Notes under the pieces: generated by a model
Told to the model about the DNA's origin: nothing
Seen by the model: the letters and a program-made list of their open reading frames with translations, nothing else
Database searches by the model: none
NCBI GenBank assembly: GCA_964541375.1
Contig: CAZIPT010000001.1
Coordinates: 14,507 to 78,506 of the forward strand
From: an uncultured Eubacteriales bacterium
Lineage (GTDB): Bacteria; Actinomycetota; Coriobacteriia; Anaerosomatales; JAAXUF01
DNA: 64,000 nt
Direction: 5' to 3'
Shown: positions 1 to 9,739 of the stretch, piece after piece
Position numbering within the stretch: position 1 is the first letter of the stretch
Layout of the letters: every line of letters begins with the position of its first letter
Position numbers and translations under genes: made by a program

Positions 1-264
1 CACGCCGAGCGCGAGCAGGAATTCCTGGAGCCGATGCGCCGCGCGGTCCTCGATGCGACCGATCAGCAGCCCGCCCGCTAGACAGGCGGCGGCGACCAGG
101 CCGGTGAGCGCCAGCTGACCGACGACCCCCAGCTTGTCCCAGAACATGCCGATGAGGACGGCTACCCCCGCGACGGCGAGGACTCCGCCCAGGTAGCTCA
201 TGATCTCGGTCGCCAGCGGAATGCGGTTGCCCGCCTCTGGTCTGGGCAGCTGTGACTCGTCCAC
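1..264 (-). CDS. membrane protein, function unknown (partial; 3' end lies beyond window start)
   Basis: The minus-strand frame is open to position 1. GTG at 264-262 is preceded by GGGGGAG with a 6-nt spacer. The product starts MDESQLPRPEAGNRIPLATEIMSYLGGVLAVAGVAVLIGMFWDKLGVVGQLALTGLVAAACLAGG, which is TM-like. It is absent from the ORF track because it is truncated by the window edge. Confidence 0.5.
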   Translation of the reverse strand, partial: MDESQLPRPEAGNRIPLATEIMSYLGGVLAVAGVAVLIGMFWDKLGVVGQLALTGLVAAACLAGGLLIGRIEDRAAHRLQEFLLALGV

Positions 265-397
265 CGTTGGCTCCCCCAAGCGCTCGCCGAGAAGGTCGGC
301 AGTCCGGGCCTCGCCCCGCCTCGGCCCTCGCCCTCCAGTCTACTCGGTTGATTCCCGCGAGAAGGCTCGAATCCACCGACGCGCGTCGTCCCGGCGG

Positions 398-1801
398 CTA
401 CGCCAGTCGAACCTCGCCGAGAGAGCCGTCAGCGCCGACGACAACGATTCGGTGGTGCCCTGTGTCTGCGCCGAGCAGTGTCGTGCCGTCGCTCCACACC
501 CCGGCGGGCTCTCGCAGTTGCCCCTTCTCGCCAGCCGCTCCCGGCCACGGCGCGCATTCTCGGCTGGAGACGTCTACCCGCTTGAGACGGTCGTTGTAGG
601 TGTCGGCAACGGCGAGCGCGCCTGCGTGCGGTGCCACGTCCTCGCAGTGCTGCAGCAGCACGCGGTCGCCCACTCCGTCGCGATCGCCGAAGTCGAACAG
701 GTCGGTGCCCACGACGGTGGTGACCGCATCGTTTGTGGCGAGCCGCACGGCCGACGACTCGCTGTCGGCGAACGCGAGCGACCCGTCAGGCGTGACCGCG
801 ACGCCGGTAGGCTGAGCGAGTAGGGCGTGCAGGGGCGGCCCGTCGGCGATGCTCTCGCCACCGGTCCCGGCGAGCAACGAAAGCGCGCGGGCCTCCGGAT
901 CGAGCCACCAGAGCTGGTGGGTCCCCGCCATCGTGACCGCCAGTCGTCCCCCGGCCGAGGCCAGGCCCCACGGCGAGCGCAACTCCGTCTGACCCGCCGG
1001 CCCGGGCGTCACCGCGTGGGCGCCGAGCTCACCGGTGCCGGCAACACGTTCCCGTTCGCCCGCGCGGAGCTGCCAGATCGCATGTCCCGCGCGGTCGGCG
1101 ACGTAGAGGCTGCCGCCCAGCTCGGCGAGTCCGCGCGGCTCGACGAAGCCGCCATGCTCGGCGATCACGGTCGCGGCGGTCTCGGCGGCGTCCCAAGAAC
1201 ACTCGAGCACCCGGCCGTGACCGGTGTCGGCGATCCAGAGGCGGTCGCCGTCGATGATGGCGCGCGTCGGGTAGCGCAGCGGCCCCTCGTGGCGAGCCAG
1301 CGTGGATGGATACGGGTCGGCTCCGCTGGCGAGCGTGCCCTTGGCCCGGGACTTCTCGGCGATCGACTCGATCTGGGCACCCACTTCCTCGGCGGAGAAC
1401 TCACCTTGCCTGACCAGGGCGATGTAGCCCTCGGGGTCGATGACCACGATCGTCGGCCACGCGCTGACCGCGTAGTCCTTCCAGACGCGGAACTGGCGGT
1501 CGTTGACCACGGGATGCATCACGCCCAAGCGGTCGCACGCCTCGGCGATGCGGTCCGTGAATCGCTCGGTCGGGTACTTGCCGGCTTGGACGCCGATGAC
1601 GGTAAGGCTGTCGGCGAAGCGCTCGTGAAGCTCCCGTACACGCGGGAGCGCATGCATGCAGTTGATTCAACCGTAGGTCCAGAAGTCGAGCAGGACCATC
1701 CTGCCCCGAAGGTCCGAGAGACGGATCGGATCGGTCCCGACCCACTCCAGACCCTCGCGAAACTCCGAAGCGTGTACTCTGCCGCGCAGAAACGGAACCA
1801 T
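398..1801 (-). CDS. thioredoxin-fold / NHL-repeat protein (NHLRC2-like), predicted selenoprotein with in-frame UGA (Sec) at 1669-1667
   Basis: Track ORF 398..1657 and the 3' tail of 1667..2395 are in the same frame and are separated only by TGA. Read-through gives MVPFLRGRVHASEFREGLEWVGTDPIRLSDLRGRMVLLDFWTYG-U-INCMHALPRVRELHERF. The TGA therefore replaces the first Cys of the family's CINC (CxxC) motif. ATG 1801 has GAGG 4 nt upstream. NHL propeller repeats follow (LWIADTGHGRV, LYVADRAGHAIW, LAFADSESSAVR, LAVADTYNDRLKRV, LGADTGHHRIV). Confidence 0.75.
1630..1649 (-). promoter_or_regulatory. putative bacterial SECIS-like hairpin downstream of the in-frame UGA
   Basis: The mRNA reads UGA-N17-GCUCCCG-CGUGUA-CGGGAGC. 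This is a perfect 7-bp GC-rich stem with a 6-nt apical loop containing GU. The distance from UGA to the loop lies within the range described for bacterial SECIS elements. Confidence 0.55.
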
Positions 1802-1942
1802 GATGCCTCGATTCTGGGAATGCACCGCTCTCCACCAAGGGTTGTTCCCGCAACCGCGTGCCCGAAGCGCGAGATGCCCTCTCGGGTATGAACTGTCCAG
1901 CCCGCCAGACTCGCCTCCCGCCCAAGACCGAGAGAAGCCGCA

Positions 1943-2818
1943 ATGAAATCCGAGTTGAAAGCTTACGGTCCGGTTGAGGGCCGCACGATCGTCGTAACCG
2001 GAGGCACCAACGGGATCGGCCATGAGGCGGTCCGGGCGCTGTCCGCGGCCGGCGCGACGGTTGTGATCGTGTCGCGCAGCGCCGAGCGGACCCGTGCGGC
2101 GGCCGAGCTTGTCACCGTACTCACCGGGGTGCGTGTCGAGACCGCCGTCGCCGACTTCGCCGACCTCGCGCAAGTGAGGGCCGTCGCAACCGAGCTGCTC
2201 GAACGCTTCGGCCGCATCGACGTACTCGCCAACAACGCAGGAGCCATCTACCCTTCTCGGCAGGTCACGGTCGACGGGTACGAGATGACCTGGCAGGTCG
2301 ACTACCTCGCGCCGTTCCTGCTGACGAACCTGCTCAAGCCCGCGCTCGTTGCGGCCGCGCCGTCGAGGGTGATCTCGGTGTCCTCGGACGCACACCAGGG
2401 GGCATGGCGGGGCCTGAACTTCGACGACCTGAACGGCGAGAATTCATGGAGCTCGTTCTCCGCCTACTCAAAGGCCAAGCTCGCAAACATCATGTTCGCG
2501 GCCGAGCTCGCGCGCCGCTGGGCGCCGCTGGGAGTGATGTCGAACTCGATGCATCCCGGAATCGTCCGCACGGGCTTTGGCCGCAGCGGCGACTGGAACG
2601 AACGCGGACTGTGGTCTCTGACCAACCTCTGGGCGCTCACTCCCGAGCAGGGCGCTGACACGCTGGTCTACCTCGCCTCGTCACCGGAAGTCGAGGGAGT
2701 GACCGGCCAGTACTTCTACAAGTGCTCCCCCAAGCAGCCGAGCAGACCGGCCCGAGACGTCGCGACCCAGGAGCGACTGTGGCGCGTGACCGCCGAGCTG
2801 CTGGGGCTGGATTCGTAG
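1943..2818 (+). CDS. short-chain dehydrogenase/reductase (SDR), retinol-dehydrogenase-like
   Basis: N-terminal Rossmann motif VTGGTNGIGHEAV is present. The NNAG motif and the YSKAK catalytic Tyr/Lys (SFSAYSKAKLAN) are present. ATG is preceded by GAGAGAAG. Confidence 0.85.
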   Translation: MKSELKAYGPVEGRTIVVTGGTNGIGHEAVRALSAAGATVVIVSRSAERTRAAAELVTVLTGVRVETAVADFADLAQVRAVATELLERFGRIDVLANNAGAIYPSRQVTVDGYEMTWQVDYLAPFLLTNLLKPALVAAAPSRVISVSSDAHQGAWRGLNFDDLNGENSWSSFSAYSKAKLANIMFAAELARRWAPLGVMSNSMHPGIVRTGFGRSGDWNERGLWSLTNLWALTPEQGADTLVYLASSPEVEGVTGQYFYKCSPKQPSRPARDVATQERLWRVTAELLGLDS

Positions 2819-2954
2819 CTCTCCCGATCCCCGCACCAGCATCCTCGCTGCTCGGGCGTGGTGACCCACGTCACAGGTCCCTTTGCGCATCGCTCAAGAG
2901 CGCCGAGGACCCTCCGATACTAGAGGTGGAGTCTCTCGAAGGGGCGTTGCTGTG

Positions 2955-4217
2955 ATGCCCACGAACAGAATGCTCGGCCGCTGGCGCGTCGCCGTTCTCG
3001 GCGTGGCGCTGGCCCTGTGGTTCCTCGCGCTCCCTGTTGCCGGCGTCGCCGCTGTGATCGGCCCGGGCGCGCCCATCGAGGTCCCGTTCTTCACACCATC
3101 GAGTCCGTGGAACACGGACGTCTCCGGCTACAGGGTCTCGCCCTTGTCGGCGACCTACCTCGAGAGCATCGGGCTCGACACGGAGGTTCACGCCGACTTC
3201 GGCACCGTCTGGGCGGGCGCGCCCAACGGCATCCCCTACATCCTGGTGCCGGGTACGCAGCCCAGAATCCCCGTGTCCTTCTACTACGCCGACGAGAGCG
3301 ACCCGGGACCCTACCCGATACCCGCAGACGCGCCGGTCGAGGGTGGCGCCGATGGCACCGGTGACCGGCACGTCCTAGCACTCGACGTCGATGACCGCGT
3401 GCTCTACGAGCTCTACGACGCCCGCTACAACGCCGAGGCAGGACGCTGGGACGCCGGTTCCGGCGCGATCTGGGACCTCAAGACGGACAGCTACCGTCCA
3501 GCAGGCTGGACCTCGGCTGATGCCGCCGGACTGCCCATCCTGCCCGGGCTGGTGCGCTACGATGAAGTCCAGCGCGGAGAGATCACGCACGCGCTACGGT
3601 TCACGGTTTCTCAGACGCAGCGCGCCTACCTGTTCCCCGCAAGCCATTTCGCGAGCTACTCGAGCAACCCGGCCCTGCCGCCGATGGGCATGCGCGTTCG
3701 CCTGCGCGCCGATTACGACATCTCGGGGTTCCCCGCCGAGGTTCAGGTGATCCTTCGTGCGCTCAAGAAGTACGGCATGATCGTCGCCGACAATGGCGGG
3801 CCGCTCTACATCAGCGGCGCTCCGGATCCGCGCTGGAACGACGAGGCACTGCACGCGATCTCACTGGTTCAGGGGCGCGACTTCGAGGTCGTCGATGCCT
3901 CGGCCGGGCCGACCGCCCCGCCGGTGGTGGCGCCGTCCGCCCCGAGAGTCCTCCTCGGCGGGAACGCACGAATCCGGGCGGGACGGAGACTTGATCGACA
4001 GGTTCGGTTCACGGACCCCGGCGGCTCCGGCTGGACCGCCACCGTGAACTACGGGGACGGTGGCAAGAGCACGCGGCTGCGGGTCAGGAACGGACAGCGG
4101 CTGCAGCTGAACCACCGCTACCGTCGCCGTGGCACCTACCGGGTAACCGTGACGGTGCGAAACGCGCGCGGTCTCACGGGTGTCTCTCGGCTGAAGGTCA
4201 TTGTGCGACGGCGCTGA
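2955..4217 (+). CDS. secreted conserved protein of unknown function with C-terminal PKD-like domain
   Basis: Start was moved to ATG 2955, which gives a signal-like N-terminus MPTNRMLGRWRVAVLGVALALWFLALPVAGVAA. The core carries conserved-looking blocks GDRHVLALD, WTSADAAGLPILPGLVRYDEV and ITHALRF. The C-terminus VNYGDGG...NHRYRRRGTYRVTVTVRNARG resembles a PKD fold. Confidence 0.6.
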   Translation: MPTNRMLGRWRVAVLGVALALWFLALPVAGVAAVIGPGAPIEVPFFTPSSPWNTDVSGYRVSPLSATYLESIGLDTEVHADFGTVWAGAPNGIPYILVPGTQPRIPVSFYYADESDPGPYPIPADAPVEGGADGTGDRHVLALDVDDRVLYELYDARYNAEAGRWDAGSGAIWDLKTDSYRPAGWTSADAAGLPILPGLVRYDEVQRGEITHALRFTVSQTQRAYLFPASHFASYSSNPALPPMGMRVRLRADYDISGFPAEVQVILRALKKYGMIVADNGGPLYISGAPDPRWNDEALHAISLVQGRDFEVVDASAGPTAPPVVAPSAPRVLLGGNARIRAGRRLDRQVRFTDPGGSGWTATVNYGDGGKSTRLRVRNGQRLQLNHRYRRRGTYRVTVTVRNARGLTGVSRLKVIVRRR

Positions 4218-4247
4218 GGGCCGTCGCCGTGGCGATGGAGCGGTCCG

Positions 4248-4439
4248 CTAGCTGAGGCCGGGCTTCTTGGTGTGAGCCCTGCCGCCGATCAGCAGTCGGT
4301 CGTTGCGCAACCGCTGCTTGTGCGTGGTCTCGGCAGCTAGACGAGCGTGCTCCTTCTCGGCCTCGCGGTCGAGTTCTCCCTTGGCGCTGGTGTTCTCGGC
4401 GCCGTCATACGGCCATTTCGGCTTCGCCTTGTCCGGCAT
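4248..4439 (-). CDS. small basic hypothetical protein (63 aa)
   Basis: ATG 4439 is preceded by AAGGAG with an 8-nt spacer. The product MPDKAKPKWPYDGAENTSAKGELDREAEKEHARLAAE... is hydrophilic. I recognise no family. Confidence 0.45.
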   Translation of the reverse strand: MPDKAKPKWPYDGAENTSAKGELDREAEKEHARLAAETTHKQRLRNDRLLIGGRAHTKKPGLS

Positions 4440-4550
4440 ATGCCATCTCCTTCGGCCCGTGTCGGCCGGTGCGAACGCGCCCGCCGAATCGTGCTTGTAG
4501 GTAGAGTATTCCCGCCCCTAACCACTCGTCGGAAAGGCTCCCCGGATGCC

Positions 4551-5324
4551 CTACGCCTTGCGGCCCGCCGAGATGACGTATCCGATCTGCTCGGCGAGCG
4601 AGGGAGGTATCTGCAACTGCGTCCGCAATGCGTCGCGCGCGGCCGGATCGGTGGCCGCGAGCTTCAGGGCGCGGCCCCATGCCGGCAGCAGCCAGCGCCA
4701 GCCGATCCACTGAACCCGACTGCGGGCCTCATCGGCGAGGCCGATATCGTGCAGTTCGAAGACCTGATCCTCGAGCGCCGATTCCTGCCAGAGGGAGCGC
4801 CACTCGGCAGAAGTGGGAAGCCAGGTGCCCATCGCCGACGCAAGCGACTCTTCGCCCTCCCCTGGTCGGTCGGTCTTCCAGACGGCTTCGCTCATGCCTA
4901 CCCACCCGCCGGGCCGGGTCACACGGGCGCACTCGCTTATGGCGAGCTGCTTCTGTTCGACGAACGCGATCACCGACTCGACCATCACGAGGTCGAAGTA
5001 GCCGTCCTCGAACGGCAGACTGCGCACGTCAGCCAGAACCGGCTCGACCTTGTCGGCGACGCCGTCCTGGCGGATGCGCCGGCGGGTCCACTCGAGCATT
5101 CGCTCGGAGATATCGACCGCCACAACGCGGCAGCCGTGATGCTTCGCGATGTAGGCGGGACCCACTCCGATGCCCGATCCCACGTACAGCACCGTCTTCG
5201 CCTCGGCCACGTTGCAGAGCGAAAGCAGCCTGTCAGTCGCGGGGTAGCCGCCGTTGTGCTTGGTGATGCCGATTGCAGCCTGCACGTCGAGGTAGCTGGG
5301 ATCCGCACTTGGCGCCTTGTTCAC
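4551..5324 (-). CDS. class I SAM-dependent methyltransferase
   Basis: SAM-binding motif I VLYVGSGIGVGP is followed by VVAVDISERML. A post-I acidic motif and FDLVMVESV (motif II/III-like) are present. GTG start is preceded by AGGGGGA. Confidence 0.8.
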   Translation of the reverse strand: MNKAPSADPSYLDVQAAIGITKHNGGYPATDRLLSLCNVAEAKTVLYVGSGIGVGPAYIAKHHGCRVVAVDISERMLEWTRRRIRQDGVADKVEPVLADVRSLPFEDGYFDLVMVESVIAFVEQKQLAISECARVTRPGGWVGMSEAVWKTDRPGEGEESLASAMGTWLPTSAEWRSLWQESALEDQVFELHDIGLADEARSRVQWIGWRWLLPAWGRALKLAATDPAARDALRTQLQIPPSLAEQIGYVISAGRKA

Positions 5325-5404
5325 GGGGTCCCCCTAACCGCATTCATCCCTCAAGCGACATGGTACCCACCTGCACGGTGTTCTTTGCGGCGCCAGCCAG
5401 CCGC

Positions 5405-5443
5405 GAAAAGGCGCCACCGGGGCGACGTGACCCCGATGGCGCC
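5405..5443 (-). terminator. intrinsic terminator downstream of tyrosine phenol-lyase
   Basis: The minus strand reads GGCGCCAUCGGGG-UCACGUCG-CCCCGGUGGCGCC followed by UUUUC. The stem is 13 bp including one G-U pair. It lies about 30 nt after the stop at 5471. Confidence 0.8.
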
Positions 5444-5470
5444 TCAGCTGTGTGGTTGAAGCTGTCTCGC

Positions 5471-6958
<1,488 letters not shown>

Positions 6959-7047
6959 CTACTTCCTATCGATTCGCTCCTCTTGTCGTCGATTTGCCTT
7001 CGATTCAATGGCAACCTTTGCGATTGACCTATCCCATCCGTGCCACT

Positions 7048-7086
7048 CAGAGAAGGGCGCCCCGGCCGTTTCCGGCCGAGACGCCC
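7048..7086 (-). terminator. intrinsic terminator downstream of the PASTA gene
   Basis: The hairpin GGGCGUCUCGGCCG-GAAA-CGGCCGGGGCGCCC has 12 bp with two mismatches. It is followed by UUCUCU, about 60 nt after the stop at 7149. Confidence 0.65.
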
Positions 7087-7148
7087 TCTGTCGTAGATCT
7101 AGTGGCGTCAGTGTCGCGAACCTCAGCGGCACCGACGCCGAGGGTGCC

Positions 7149-8546
7149 CTAAGGCGCCCCGACGATGATCGAGATGGTCGAGCCTTTCGGCTCGTCGGTG
7201 CCCGACTTGGGCGCCTGGTACGCAACCTTGCCCGCGGTCCCGGTGGCGATCGTACTGACGTCCACCTTGAAGCCGAGGTCTTGGAGCGTGGTAGTCGCCT
7301 GCGCCTGTGTCTCGCCGACGACGTTCGGCACCTTCACGGTTGTCGGCGCCGGCGGCGTCCCATTGGACACGTGGATCGAAACGACTGTACCGGGGGCCAC
7401 AAGGACGCCCTGGGCCGGCGTCTGCGAGTAGACATCGCCCTTGGTGACGTCAGCGCTGTAGTTGGACACGACCTTGGTGCCGAGTCCGGCCTTCTTCAGC
7501 GCGTCGGTCGCCTCGGACTGCGTCATGCCAACGACACTCGGGACGGCAGCATTCGCGGGTCCCGCTGAGACCGTGATGCCGACGTTGGTGTTGGGCGGAA
7601 CCTGCTGTCCCGCGGCCGGAGCCTGCGAGATGACCTTGCCGCTTTCCACGGTCGTGCTGTTGCCGGACTGCGAGGACGCCGTCAAGCCGGCGTTCGCAAG
7701 TGCCGCTTCGGCATCGGCCTGGGTCATACCCACCACATTGGGGACGCTCGTGAGCTTCTGTCCGCCGGAGACGGTGATGTTGATGTCGCCGCCAACCTTG
7801 TGCTGGGTGCCGGGCGTCGGCGACTCAGCTACCACTTTGCCGACCTCGGACGCTTCGGCGGTCTGAGTCGAGTCAACAGCCCCCACCTTGAACCCGGCGG
7901 CGATGATGGCCGCCTGGGCCTCCTGCTGAGGCATGCCGATGACGTTCGGGACAGCCGTAGTGCGGTTGAGCCACATGAAGGCGGCCCCCGCGATAGCCGC
8001 TACGACGAGTACCGCAATCAGGATCCAGAGCCACAGCAGCGACTTCTTGACCGGCGCACTCACGGACGCCGCGTTTGGAACCTGGTCGATGACGATCCCA
8101 CTTGGCACGGTCGGGCTGAAGTCGTGCACGGTCTGGGCCGAGAGACCGGCCGCCTGAACCTTGGCGATTGCGTCGGACTCCGAGGCGCCCGCCACGATCG
8201 GCAAGACGACGTACCCCGTCTGCCGCTCCGGTGCGCCGCTCGAAACCAGCAGGACGATCTCGGCGTCGACAATCGCCGACTGGCCCGCGCGCGGGGTCTG
8301 CGCCATTACGTGTCCACGTGGCACCGTCTCGCTCGGCTCGTCGAAGACCCGAGCCGTCAGCCCCACGGCCTGCAGTTCCTTGAGCGCCTCGCCCTGAGAC
8401 TTCGACGCGACGTCCGGGACGCCGACAAGGGTCGGCGCAGGCGCTGGTGAGACTCCCTTGGACACCAGCAACACTACTCGTGACCCGGCCAGAACTGCGG
8501 GCGGTTGCGCCGCAGACCCCTGACTCCGGTTGGGCTGGTCTGCCAT
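7149..8546 (-). CDS. PASTA-repeat membrane protein without kinase or PBP domain
   Basis: Start was moved to ATG 8546 (GGAG 6 nt upstream). There is a single TM helix, LLWLWILIAVLVVAAIAGAAFMWL. After the TM come four PASTA-like modules (VPNVIGMPQQEAQAAIIAAGF, VPNVVGMTQADAEAALANAGL, VPSVVGMTQSEATDALKKAGL, VPNVVGETQAQATTTLQDLGF). Before the TM come two more (VPDVASKSQGEALKELQAVGL, LPIVAGASESDAIAKVQAAGL). Confidence 0.8.
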   Translation of the reverse strand: MADQPNRSQGSAAQPPAVLAGSRVVLLVSKGVSPAPAPTLVGVPDVASKSQGEALKELQAVGLTARVFDEPSETVPRGHVMAQTPRAGQSAIVDAEIVLLVSSGAPERQTGYVVLPIVAGASESDAIAKVQAAGLSAQTVHDFSPTVPSGIVIDQVPNAASVSAPVKKSLLWLWILIAVLVVAAIAGAAFMWLNRTTAVPNVIGMPQQEAQAAIIAAGFKVGAVDSTQTAEASEVGKVVAESPTPGTQHKVGGDINITVSGGQKLTSVPNVVGMTQADAEAALANAGLTASSQSGNSTTVESGKVISQAPAAGQQVPPNTNVGITVSAGPANAAVPSVVGMTQSEATDALKKAGLGTKVVSNYSADVTKGDVYSQTPAQGVLVAPGTVVSIHVSNGTPPAPTTVKVPNVVGETQAQATTTLQDLGFKVDVSTIATGTAGKVAYQAPKSGTDEPKGSTISIIVGAP

Positions 8547-8612
8547 GTCTACTCCTATCCGAGGTGACGGAAAACCGATCCTGCGCGCTTCTGCTACTGG
8601 GGTGTATTCCCA

Positions 8613-8641
8613 ATTGCACAGGGGTAGGACCTCACTGACAA
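8613..8641 (-). promoter_or_regulatory. candidate sigma70-type promoter for the PASTA gene
   Basis: The minus strand reads TTGTCA-N17-TGCAAT, about 65 nt upstream of ATG 8546. This rests on sequence match only. Confidence 0.3.
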
Positions 8642-8676
8642 CACCCGCGTGACTAACTAAGGAGACGAGGAAGCCG

Positions 8677-8973
8677 ATGTCGGTCCTGAGCACCGCGCTC
8701 TACACCGTTGCCAGTGACGAAGAGGCCGAGCAGTTTGTCGGAATGGCTCGGGGAATGACCACAGCCTACTCGCAGCAGCCGGGATTCGAGAAGCTGGTCG
8801 TTGCCCGAGACGTGCTCGATCCCCACACTGTCGTGACTATGTCGTGGTGGGAGTCCGAGGAGGCAGTCACCGCCTGGTCCAAGAGTCAGGACTATCGCTC
8901 GGCTAAGAACGACTCAGGCGGTCAGGGGCTCAAAGCCAAGATGGAGTTTGGACGCTGGGCTTCACTCGGCTAG
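8677..8973 (+). CDS. antibiotic-biosynthesis-monooxygenase (ABM)-like small protein
   Basis: The 98-aa product has an ABM-like pattern (PGFEKLVVARDVLDPHTVVTMSWWESEEAVTAWSKSQDY). A strong SD, TAAGGAGACGAGGAAG, precedes the ATG. Confidence 0.6.
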   Translation: MSVLSTALYTVASDEEAEQFVGMARGMTTAYSQQPGFEKLVVARDVLDPHTVVTMSWWESEEAVTAWSKSQDYRSAKNDSGGQGLKAKMEFGRWASLG

Positions 8974-8989
8974 AGAGTGGTCGCGGCCG

Positions 8990-9583
8990 CTAGCCCTCCT
9001 CGTCGGCCTGGGCCAGAGAGGCTCTGAGCCGCTCGAGGCCGAGACGGTAGCTCTCGGCGTCGCCATACTCGAAGAACATCGGGTAGCGATTGTGCGCGGC
9101 CTGGATGCGTCGTGCGTGCTTGATCGGGCACCAGTACTGCTCGGTGCGCGCCGAGATCTCTCTGAAGTAGCTGGCGAGTCCGTTGGCGTATCCGCAGTAC
9201 CCGCAGTTGAGCTTCTCGATGAGGTTGAGGTAAGGCAGATCACCCCGGTCCAGCTCAAGGTAGTCCGACCGCTTCACCTTGGGGATGTGGTAGACGGGGA
9301 AGCAGATCGCCTGGTAGATCCACAGAAAGAGGTCGAGGAGGAGCATGGGTACGATGCCGGCATAGATTACAGGCGCCGTAACCACGCTCAGCAACCTGGC
9401 GCCGGTAACGTACTTGAACAGGTTGGTCTTCAGCCCCCGCTGGAGCTGAGCGACTTCATCGCTGAACCGGGCCCGCCTCTTCTCGATGGTGAAGGCGAAG
9501 TCCTCGCGGCGCTTGTCGAACTCGGCCTGCGTCTGCGCCTCCAGCGCGCGCATCTGTTCGATGAGTTCATCGATACGAGACAT
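8990..9583 (-). CDS. conserved membrane protein of unknown function (CGYCGY ... CPIKHA motifs)
   Basis: Start was moved to ATG 9583 (GAGGAA upstream). An N-terminal coiled-coil-like segment is followed by a hydrophobic hairpin LLSVVTAPVIYAGIVPMLLLDLFLWIY. A Cys-rich C-terminal block follows: LNCGYCGYANG...EQYWCPIKHA. Confidence 0.6.
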   Translation of the reverse strand: MSRIDELIEQMRALEAQTQAEFDKRREDFAFTIEKRRARFSDEVAQLQRGLKTNLFKYVTGARLLSVVTAPVIYAGIVPMLLLDLFLWIYQAICFPVYHIPKVKRSDYLELDRGDLPYLNLIEKLNCGYCGYANGLASYFREISARTEQYWCPIKHARRIQAAHNRYPMFFEYGDAESYRLGLERLRASLAQADEEG

Positions 9584-9739
9584 GGGGTTCCTCGGTTCTG
9601 CGCGTGGTTCAGGAAAACGCCCCAGAGCGCAGCTGGGCCCCGTTGGGTGGTTCGCAAGCGCGTCGGAGTTATTTGCGGGCGCCTCTACACTACTCCCCAT
9701 CCGCAAGGCGCGGAGCCGCCAAGCCTGCGGCCGCCTCCG

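Noticed and set aside
1657-1669. An alternative reading of the TGA at 1667-1669 as a genuine stop. That would mean a pseudogene, or a gene starting at ATG 1657.
   Set aside because: This reading is not fully excluded. It is disfavoured because the 44 upstream codons are in frame and family-like (LLDFWTYG), have their own ATG and SD, and the TGA aligns with the CxxC cysteine. A SECIS-like hairpin also follows. A start at 1657 would delete the redox motif.
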